Below, in pieces: positions 24,101-34,400 of a stretch of DNA of 52,941 nt (the first letter of the stretch is position 1; every line of letters begins with the position of its first letter). The stretch spans positions 575,770 to 628,710 of the forward strand of contig NW_008246084.1 of the NCBI RefSeq assembly GCF_000281045.1, read 5' to 3'. Origin of the DNA: Saprolegnia diclina VS20. Its lineage: Eukaryota. The position numbers and the translations under genes are program-made. Below the pieces are notes generated by a model that did no database searches, was not told the origin of the DNA, and worked only from the letters and a program-made list of their open reading frames with translations.

Positions 24101-25184
24101 TTTGAGTTCTGACGATAGAACGCGGCGCCGTAACAACACGCGGCCCAGCTGGTTGCAGAGGCCTGCCGGCCTCGTGACACATGCGTAAAATTTCAAGTCC
24201 AGGTGCGTTAAATCGGGTTTTATGCCGGAAAGCGTACCGGTTTCAAGGCAAGAGGTGCGGGTTGCGTGGACCTAGTCTCTGGCGTGGTGCATTTCACATA
24301 ACGCAAGAGCAAAGACGCTGGCTCTTGGCCAGGTTAAAGCGGCCGTGATCACGTCGATAGTGCCATGATGGCGTGGGTTAAGCCTAATTAAAGCAGCCGA
24401 AACTGGGCCATAAGGTGGAAAAAGCACAGGCAAATCTTAGGTTTTATGCGGTTAAACAACCTTTGCTTTCGCTCCGGCCCCCAATTGCATAATCTGATAT
24501 CATGGGACAGATACACGCAGGATGCAGCATTGGAAAGAATTGACGAACGACTGTCCCACTGCTCGCTCTATAGTTATAGGAGTGAAATAAAAAAACAATT
24601 ATTTGAGTTTGAATGCGGCGCGTTGCACCGTCTTGACGCTATTCTCCTTGAGAAGGCTGGGTTGGGATGTGCGCAGCTACTATTTTAAGTATCATCCTGC
24701 TGCGGAGGAATACATGAGCTGGCTGGCAGTGATCACACATTCAAATAAACTTGCACCGTCAGCTTGCTCCGGCTGCAGCACACTGTGCTGCTTATTAGAG
24801 ACCTCGTGACGAGGAGATCTCAAGGCTCGAGCATTTCTGTATCTCATACCGGTCGCAGGCACACACAGCAGGCTATTGCTGAGGCAGGAGCGCGATCCGC
24901 GGGACAAAGTGCTGGCGCTCGTGTCAAGGGGCGCTTTGTGCTGCAATCTTTCAACGTATCAATACCATTCTTGCTGCTTATTCGCCTATTTTACACTATT
25001 TTTAACCAATCAGATGTCATGAAAATTTCTTGACATCTTGTTGGCATTTAATGCCAACAACATTTGACGATGCCTGGCGGAGTCACGCTCGGTCGTCCAA
25101 AACACGATGAAAAATGATTTCTCCTTCGCTTTGCTTGACGATAGAAGGTACTTTGAGGGTCCAGAAATGCTAAGTCGCGGCATT

Positions 25185-26243
25185 AGAGAGATTTCGCAAC
25201 TCACTTCCCGTTTCCATCTGCGCTTCTATCCTGTCATAAATAATAAGAAATGGGAGGTCTCTGAAAACTAATCGTAGAAATCACCCAAATCAATCAAAAA
25301 CGGGGAGCGAAGGCTCCCATGTTCGTTCAGTAGGTTAAAGTACGTCAAACAGTGGCGGAGGCTTTAACCTTATTTAACCTGTCGAACTTTCGCGCCCATG
25401 TCACTTTAAACTTGGCGCGACGACTGACAACTGGGAAATCTCGTCGGACGACGACCGCTCCCACCGCCCAGATCTTAGATCCGTCGGTAAACCCGAAGAC
25501 GTTCGTTAGAGGCGCCCCTTTAGCGACAATCGTGTCCTTGAACTTCTGGAGGCGCTTGGCGACGAGTGTACTCTGGACGAAGAAGACGTCGGCCAACTTG
25601 TCATAGAGAGAGCATCGAGCACATAGTCGTGTATGCGGCACAGAGACTCACGCGACCGACCGAACACGATCATCATATCGCAGTACCGCCGAGGGTAGGC
25701 CAAGCGGTTGAGAGTAACGCAAACGGCTTCGACAGCGAGGTATCGATCCCGACCCTCGTTATTAGCGAAGGCCGGGAGTTGGAGAGCACGTGAGAGCCGC
25801 GTTAATGAAGCCACTTCAAAGCGGAAATGCAGCATTGCATCGGCGTCGTTCATCGAGTCGAGAAAGAGGCACGTTTTCGGGACCAACGACCGCTCGATAA
25901 CCGAGAGGGTAACGTTAGCTGTAGGAGCTGGCGGCGGCGCTGACGAGACATACGGCGACTGCGGCGAAGCAACACCACAAGCTCGCGGGACGACAACACG
26001 GCAGAAATCGATCATGACGAGGCTCACGCTACTGCAGTAGTAGCACAAGACAAAACGAGGATGGGATCCTTCTGGAATTTTTGCGAAATAAAAGCTGAAG
26101 TTGCTCCCGGCTTCCTCTGCATTCGAATGCAGACGAAGACGGGATGTCCAGTGCGAAATTACAATTTTTACTTTTTGCGTTCCATCTGCTTCCCCATAAA
26201 ACAGAACGCAGATGAAACGGGGAGTGAGTTGCGAAATCTCTCT
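25185..26243. mobile_element. Non-autonomous (internally deleted) PIF/Harbinger-type DNA transposon
   Basis: ~43-bp imperfect TIRs (AGAGAGATTTCGCAACTCACT... at 25185-25227; reverse complement at 26203-26243). ATT flanks both ends (25182-84, 26244-46). A transposase remnant lies inside. Confidence 0.85.
25470..26016 (-). pseudogene. Truncated, frameshifted HARBI1-like (DDE_Tnp_4) transposase
   Basis: FRF...L..L, L.RLAYPRRY.DM..FGRS...LCRI helix-turn-helix region, then GAPLTNVFGFTDGS (first catalytic Asp) in another frame. Frameshift at a CT microsatellite near 25605; the rest of the DDE domain is missing. Confidence 0.8.
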
Positions 26244-26937
26244 ATTGTTGGATGCGTACACCTCGAGAAATCGACTAAATTGTTAATAATGCCACCTGCC
26301 ATATATAGACTTTATAGCCATATTTAAACTCCGCGGCTTGGATGTCACGCAGCGCATATTAGTACCTACTGTGACCCTCGGGCTGCAAAGGCTGCAAACC
26401 TGGGTAGAACCAAAGTGAAAGCCTCCTAGTCATGTATACGCACAACATGGACTCATTCTCGAGACAAAAAAACTGAACGTGAAATTACTACTCGCAGCAC
26501 GCGTCTCCGGCACGAGACCGACCACAGCTCGCGGCCACCAAATGCAGAGCCAAGGGAAGAAGACAAAGTTTATTCTCTTGTGCAAAGCACACGATCATCA
26601 ACGCACCTCGTCCACGGCTACCATACAGTTTTCGAAGGTTGTTCAGGATCTGCAAGTCGAGCGTTTCTACCATTGGGAACGCAAAACCGACAAACGAAAC
26701 GTCGACTAGGTCCACCAAGGGGTAGGTTCCATTGATCACACGCTCAGAATCGAGAAGGCCACAGCGGCTTAGCTTAACCCTCCCGCGACGGTTTGGGCGA
26801 TAATTGCAATCCACCATCGCGAGATGTCGACTCAGTCATAATCACACCCGAGATTGCGACATCACGCCAAGTTTTCACGTATCGGTGACACGGAGTGGTG
26901 CATTTCTGAGGTTTCCGCTACGTCCTTGCAGTTTGCA

Positions 26938-27298
26938 CATGACCTCAACGTCCAAACGTCACCTCGACTCGAATAATACCGACAAAAGAGTGTTGTGCGA
27001 TCGCGGCCTTAACTTCCGTTGCGCATCTTTGAGCCCCACGGGTCTGAAGAATGGGACAGAAGTCTTGATGACGATACCCAGCACCGCGGGCGTCATGTTC
27101 AAAGGCTTCCTGTCGCACGTTCGAGTCAATGAAACTGAGAGCGCGTACATCACGACATCAAATAGCAAAAGAGAGAGTCCATCGAATTCGACATGGTTCA
27201 CGCCGTTCGGTGCTTGTCCGGCGTTGCGTAATCGGAGGCACCTGCACGACGACGACGACATTTCTTCTCTCGTCCTACGCAGACAGTGGTCGGCATAA
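26938..27298 (+). pseudogene. Possible Reeler-domain gene remnant
   Basis: V.MTIPSTAGVMFKGFL and AYITTSNS......STW.TP resemble Reeler motifs (FxGFL; THxN...WxAP), but the spacing is short and no signal peptide is evident. Confidence 0.3.
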
Positions 27299-27546
27299 AG
27301 AGGGTTCTTGCCACACCCCACTCGCGCCGACGCCAACGAGCTTTCTCGGGCGACAGCAGGACCACAAATGTCGTTGTGGCAGTCCTAGTACCGCCAGGTA
27401 GTGTCCGCTCATGTGAAAAGCTCGATGCGTTTGCTCGATCTTTGGGGCCCACGTGATCACACCTTTTTGGGTACCCCTACCCCCCCGGGCCCATGAAATG
27501 CTATTGTGAGCGGAAGTTGAAGATGCGAAAGATCGAAATCGATGGA

Positions 27547-27561
27547 TCATTTCCGAATTTG
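27547..27561 (+). promoter_or_regulatory. Oomycete INR-FPR core promoter
   Basis: TCATTTCCGAATTTG matches the oomycete YCATTYYNNAWTTT consensus, 10 nt upstream of ATG 27572. Confidence 0.75.
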
Positions 27562-27571
27562 TCACTGCACA

Positions 27572-28926
27572 ATGCGCCTCACCACCGTCCCCACGGACCT
27601 ACTGGGGCATACGCTCAGCTTCCTCGACGCGACGGACCTCCGCGCAGCCTCGGTCGCGTCCAAGGCGCTGGCGTCCGTGCCCACGGACCGCCATTGGGAG
27701 GCTCTCTTTCGCTCGACGTGGAACCAGCACAATGCCCATGTCGACACTAGCGAGACCTTGGAGCTCTCGCCGGCACTTGAAGCAGCCTATCCGCGGTGCG
27801 TTTGCAACACCACGCTTGGTGCTCATGGCACTGTAGGCGGCGCGACTGCTATCGCTGGCTCACTCAGGTGGTCACACCCGTGCCGACGTGCGCTGACATT
27901 GCACACACCAACGTCCTCGCCAACCTCTCGTCCAAGCACCGGTACCGAGCCCGTGCTTTCTTTAACAAGGCAAACGATAAAGCGTCTTAGGATCGAGCCG
28001 GTCGCATTTGACGACGCGACGCACCGGCGCGTGACGGCGATGGCGCTCGGGACCGAGAGCGTCGGTGGCGACCGATCGATCCGCGCCAACACGCCGTTTC
28101 CGCTTGGCCCACGCGTGCAATTGACCAAGATATCGCTGCGGACGTGGCGCGTCGACGTGGCGGACGATGCGTACTTTGAGATTACGATTCAAGCGTCAAC
28201 GACGTCGCCGATTGCGCTGCCAACGTGATAAAATCGAGGATCCAACCCTGTACTGACGGTGGCACGTAGCGCGCTCAGCATGTGTGTTGCCATCGGACTC
28301 GGCACCAAAGACTTTCGCGTCATCGGGCAGCAACCTGGTCCTCGATTGCACCGTACGCAGCGGCTCACGTACGCAGTAGGCTGGGACGCGCATTCGGTCG
28401 GCTACCACAGCGACGACGGCCGCTTCTTCACCAACGGCCAGGTACGTAGTGGTCGTGTCTCGTGACACAGCAGGCTCACGGTGGGGGGTAGGCGCATCCC
28501 TTCGCGTCGAGCTTTGATGTCGGGGACACACTTGGCTGCGGCCTTCTTCGCAGCGCGCACAGCTCGTCCGTCTTCTTCGCTCGGAACGGCCAGCGCATAG
28601 GTATTGTAATCTATAGATCGTTCCACACTAGTGTTGGGGCGCTGACAAGGAGCGGTGGCGTAGGGTCCATCATGCGGTGCCCACATGCGCCACTGTATCC
28701 CGTCGTGGGACTCGATGCTGCGTACTCGATCACGCTCAATTGCGGCAGCAGCCCTTTCCAGTACACCCCGACGCTGCAAGGCGACGTGGCGGCGCTCGCT
28801 AAAGCGCCGTGGCCGCAGCGGACCACTGTCCTAGCACGAGGACCACCGTCGCTCTGGTGGTTGGCACTTGTCGGCCTCGTCCTCCTCGCGCTTGCGGTAG
28901 TCGTAGTATCGGAACGACGACGATGA
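27572..28926 (+). CDS. F-box/SPRY domain protein with C-terminal transmembrane anchor (multi-exon)
   Basis: F-box LTTVPTDLLGHTLSFLDATDL..W. SPRY motifs GGDRSIRANTPFP, YFEITI, GWDAHSVGYHSDDG, GDTLGCG and LYPVVGLD. Ends in a hydrophobic helix followed by ERRR*. Confidence 0.85.
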
Positions 28927-28970
28927 ATAGTATGAAAGCTGTCTGTTACGTCGCGCGGCAGCATCGCACA

Positions 28971-29952
28971 TTAGACGCGCGAGATCTTGCGCGACGAGCC
29001 GGGGCCCATGCGCCGCTTGCCGCTGGCGCTATGGAGAGACGCGACGGTAAGCGAGGTCGAGGCAGCGGCAGATAATGTACCTGCGCTGAAGGCCGCCAAA
29101 GGTGTCGCCAAACATCATGTCCGAGTCAAAGTCGCCACGGTCGCGGGGCGCGTTGTTGCGCGCCTCGGCCACCGCCGCCTTGACGCTGGCCTCGAGGGCC
29201 GCATTCGCTTGGAATTGGTTCGTCGCGCGCCTAGAACGGGTGAGGAAGATGCCACAATGAAATGACGTACGCGAGGACGGTGTCCATCTCTGCGACTACG
29301 TGCTTGGCGTCGGTTTGCCTAGCACGACGATGAGATTCCGCAACGATGCAGGAGAAGGGTACCAGTCGGCGAGACGCGTGATCATCGCGTCAATGTCGGC
29401 GACTTGAACGTCACGCCCCACCGCGTACTGGATGTCGATGCGCTGGTTCTTCTGGTCGAGTTTGCCTTCAATGAGGCCCTAATGTATATGGCACATCGCA
29501 TGGGAATCGTGGTTTCTCGACGCGGGTCGTACCGAATACATGGTCTCAATGATGATGTCTTCGACGTCCCGGACCACATCAATGTGGAGCTCGTCCATCA
29601 AGACCTTGTACGGGACCTGCTTGTACTCTTGGCAGAGGCTCACGACCGTGAGCTTGCGCAGCTTGAGCTCCTGCACCGGCGTGAGTGCCGGGACAGCGCC
29701 AGCCTCTTTCTCGCGGGCGTAGTCCTTGAAGCGGCCATGGGCGAAGATCGAGAGGAGCCGGTAGTGGCTCTGCTGGTCCGGCTGGTCGCTCTCGGCGAGG
29801 GCCATGACGTTGGGCATGTGGAGCAGCTCGCCAAAGACGAAGAGCTTCTTGTTGGAGAGGACTTGCTGGATCAGCGCCATGCAGGCGCGGCCGCGCGCGG
29901 TCTTGGCCAGGAGCGTGAACTGCTCGAGGCTGCCATCGTCTGTCGCCACCAT
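28971..29952 (-). CDS. CSN7: COP9 signalosome subunit 7 (PCI domain), multi-exon
   Basis: LEQFTLLAKTARGRAC..LI, LFVFGELL.MPNV, L.IFAHG, KLRKLTVVSL and VRDVEDIII, then GKLDQKNQ...RDV in the next exon. The last exon ends ISRV*. Confidence 0.92.
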
Positions 29953-31481
29953 CGCTCGATCTTCACACAAAGTCGGAATCCGGATACACCCCAGCCTGCA
30001 AAGTGCACCTGTTTCACCAGATACGCAAAGGCGCACCTACTCCATGCTCCATGCTCTCCGTCTCGTCTGCCTGCTCGCATGCTCGCTGGTGCCACGACTA
30101 CATCTTGCTGCGTCTGCTTTGCACGGGCGTCGAGGAGCCGGCGCATTGGCTTGTGTCGTTGGCTGCAAGAATCGATTTTTGCTTTCGTGGCCTTGAGCTC
30201 TGTGCCAAGCGAGGCGATGACGTGGCGAGCGTCCAGGGTAGCGTGATTGCCATCACATTTGGGATTGCCTTAAATCAGTCGAGGTTCGGACGCAGTCTTG
30301 CACGTTCGCATTGGGCGACCGCTGCACGACTGGCAAGAGCACGGTGTGCCGTAGTAGCATCGTTGCACTTGTCGCTTGTTTACGGAGAGGCTGGTCGTGT
30401 CGACTCGACGCAGATGCACGCGGTTTGCGGCACGTAGTAGCCGTGGCTTCTGGTGCGATGCTCGGCGAGGCTCCTCGCCTTGCTTGCACCGAGTCGTGGC
30501 AGAATGCTCGGATGACACGTATCTTGTGAGGCTGCTCGGGCAGCGCCTGTCGCTAGCGCGAGCGACGCCGTCCGTGTCTTTGCGCCGACATCCATCGGTG
30601 TCCTCGGTCTTCCGCGCACATTGGCTACGTGTAGTACCGCAGACATGGACGGCACGTTGGGTGGTGGTGTAAGCAACAGACGTAGCCGCACTTCAACCCG
30701 CCGACAACATGGCTCCGATGCACGGAGGCGTGTTCCATGCACGCGCTTGTTGTGTGCGTTGCAAGGGCTTGCGGCCATAATGCATCAAGGATCGCGTGTT
30801 TGCCGCTGGTCGCATCTGGGCTATGTGCTTGTCGTCGTCCCCGCGACCAGGAATCCTGAGAAGAGAACACGACCATGTCTCCCACGGCAAGTACTGTTGC
30901 GTGAGGTTGGACAACGCCACCTATTGGGTTCCAACGACCACTCATACTAAGGTTGCTCAATACACTATGCTCGGGACATGGGCGATGCGACGTCGCGCGC
31001 TGGGCAGAAAGCGCGCCCGCTTGTCCCTTCCTCGGCGCCAAAGAACTGGCGTCTGATTGGCCGTTGCCCGATCTTTGCCCAAACCCGAGCGGCCAACGTC
31101 CAGCACCCAAGACGAAGAAGAAGACAAGGCGCCAAGTGGCCTTGCTGGACGAGATCACCTTGGACGTCGGTGGCGCCAGGCTGGACATATCGCACGCGCA
31201 AGGGGATTTGCCAGCGCTGCCAGCCTTTGATTTGTTGGAATTTAATTTCTTTTTCGGCTATTTTACGATTGGCCCGTGGGATCTCGAAGTTGATCTTCGC
31301 GTGTGCATTGCAGCGCGTTTTTGACGCGGCGTGTTTTTATCCAATGCACTTGATATTTGTATAGTGTTAAAAAACGAGCTCGCGTTTCTGTCTGCTTCGA
31401 CGAAGTTGGTGGGAATTCCCTTATACAGTACAGCCGACGCCCAAGTTTGAAGCGGGTCTCACTCAGAATATTCCCCTCGCG

Positions 31482-34400
31482 ATGGACGAGAGCTCGATCC
31501 TACTGCGTGGCCAGCGCCTCATGCTGGACATGCTCGAAGACGTAGGCAGCCTCTTCACGCCCGCCCAAGACAAGCCGCCCGAAGACGACCGCTGGCACGA
31601 CCTCGCCCGGCCGACGCTCGCGCGCATCGTGGCCGAGCGCATGACGCACGTCGTTGACGCCGACACGAACCCGCAGCAAGACGACCACGTCGAGGACGAC
31701 CTCGTCGAGCACGCAGTCGTCCAGGAGGTGCTCACGTACCTCGTCGAGAAGCGCCTCATGAACGCACACATCGCGCTCGCCCAAACGACGACCGACGCGC
31801 AGATCCTCAAGCACCAGCTCACGACCATGACGCAGGATCGCGACCACGTACGTATTGCATACCGTAGTGTGCACCTACATTTGTGGACTTGGGTGTCATG
31901 GATACACGCAGATGCGCGAGGAAGTCCCGCCGGGCACCGACATCAAGCTACTCGCGTCCTGGGCACTCGAAGAGCTCGACGCGTCGTCGCCGACCAGCAC
32001 GACCTCGACGCTGCAGCTCAAGGAGACGGTTCGCTTCCAAGAGAGCACGATCCAAGCGCTCCGTCATGAAGTCGCCGCGCTCCGCCGTGGCACGTCGCCC
32101 GCGAGCTCGATCGGGTCGTTCAGCTGGACCAAAGACCCGGCCGCCGACGCCCTCCGCGACTCGATCCGCGACCTGCGGTCCGACGTCAACCAGCACCAGC
32201 GCGAGCAGATTGATTTGCTCGAAGACCACATTGCGTCCTTGGAGGCGCGCCTCGTCGTGGCGACGCGCGAAGCCTCGGAGCTCCGCGAACTCAACGCGGC
32301 GCTGGACGATAATAACCCGAACCCGTCGGGCTTTGTGAGCGTCCTCTCGTCGCTCCAGTCGCAAATTGCGACGCTCGAAGCGGCGTTGCGCGAGACTGAC
32401 ATCGACCACGTCGCCCAGCTTGACCGCGAAAACGCAGCGCTCCGGCGGCAGCTCGAGTCGTCCGTGGCGCACGACTGCCACGCCAACTTTGACGGCGGCT
32501 TTTGCAGCGACCTCATCAACACGCTCAAGGCCGAGATCCTCTCGGCGCGCGACGAGCACCGCACCGAGACGATCGCACTCCTCGACCATGTTCATGAGCT
32601 CGAGGCCATGAACGCGCAGCTCAGCGCGAGCGGCGACGTCGAGGCAGCTGCCCGCCATCTTCACGAGGACAACATCCGGCTCCTCGAGCAAGAGCACGGC
32701 TTCCGCGCGCAAATCGAAGCGCTCCAGGCCGACGTTGGCAGCATGGACGACCAGATCGCGCACTTGCGCACCGAGCGCCAGCTGCAAGAGACCGAGATCA
32801 ACTCGCTCATGGGCACGCTGACCCCGCTCATGGCGGCCCACGAAGAGCTCGTAGCGGCAAAAGCGGCGCTGGAAGCCAAGTTGGCAGAGTTGGAAGCCGC
32901 CAGCTGCGACCAGTGCGCAGCGCTCGAGGCCAAGATCAGCGATATGCACACGCAAATCGACGTGCTCCACGCCGATGTGCAAGCCGCGCTCGAGGCCAGC
33001 GCGCCGGTCGTGACGCGGCACGAGTCGACGATTGCCGACTTGACGGCAGCGATCGCACGCCTCGAAGACAAGCTGGCGCACAATGCGGGCGAGTACGAGC
33101 GCAGTCTTGGCGAGCGCGACACGTCGATCGACGAGCTCCAGGCCAAGCTTCATGCACTCAAGCGTGAGATCAACATTATGAGCCAGGACCTCGACATGGT
33201 CTCGGAGGAGAAGCAGCAGGTCGCCGACCAGCTCGAGGTCGTCGAAGGCCATTTGGACGAAGTCAACGCCGCGTACGAAGCGCTTGAGGCGCGGTTTGCG
33301 GCGCTCATGGCCGAGAAGATGGCGTGGACGGTCGAGCGCGATACGATGGTCGAGGCCGAGGCCGAGGCAAGCCGCCGGTCGACGCTCGAGCAAGAAACCG
33401 CGCAGGCCGCGCACGAAATGGCCGCAGCGACGTGGGCCGACGAGCGCGCGACGCTGGAGGCGGCGCTGGCCGACAAAGCCGACGCCCTTGCGGCGCTTGA
33501 AAGCGACCTCGCGACGGTCCGGAGCGCGCTCGCCGAGAAGGACACCGAGCCCACGGCCAAGGAAGCAGAGCTCACAGCCAAGGTCGACGAGTTTGAGAAG
33601 CTGCAGATGCTCCTTGGCAAGTTCAAGGAAAAGCTCGCGGCGCTCCTGGCCTCGGAGAAGGCGCTGCAGGCCGACGTCGAGACGCTCACGACTGAAAAGG
33701 CGGCTGCGACCACCACGATCGAGGTGCTTGCGGCGCAGCTATCGACGTCGGACGCCGCGCTGCAGACAGCAAACGACGACCTTGCGACGACGCACGCGGC
33801 CAAGGCTGACCTCGAAGCGCAGGTTGCTTCGTTGGAGGAGCACTTGTCTGCCGAGACGGCCAAGCTGGACGCCGCCAACAGCCAGGTCGATGCACTCACG
33901 GCCGCGTCTGAAGAGGCGCTGGGCCAGCTCGAGCGCCTTCGGGAGGTCCACGAAAGCCACGTGGTGGCGACGACAGCCGACGCGGCAGCGCTTCACGTCA
34001 CCATTGCGGACCTGGAAGCTACGCGCGCGACATTGGAAGGCGATGTGGCCTCGGCCACCGCAGCCCACGAAGCGGCGACGGCCGAGCTGGCGACCGCCAC
34101 GAGTGCGATGGCGGTGCTCGATGCGGACAAGACTGCGCTCGAGACGCGTTTGGCAGACACTTCTGCGGCCTTGGAGACGGCCACGACGTCGGAGGCAGCA
34201 CTCCAAGACACGGTCGCGACGCAAGAAGCGGCGTCGGCGACACTGCAATTGACGCTGGCGCACGCGCACGGTCGCATTGGCGAGCTCGAAGCCGGTACGG
34301 CTGCCTTGCGCGACGAGATGGCGGCGCTGGAGGTCGCCAAGGACGCTGAGATCGCCGCACTTTCGTCGGACCTCTCGGCCATGACGACGTCGAACGAAGC

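Noticed and set aside
24376..26779. GGGTTAAGC / GCTTAACCC inverted match suggesting piggyBac-like ends
   Set aside because: Only 9 bp, wrong orientation for one element, no matching TSD and no transposase.
30003..31364. Multiple short ORFs between CSN7 and the coiled-coil gene
   Set aside because: No motifs or convincing exon structure.
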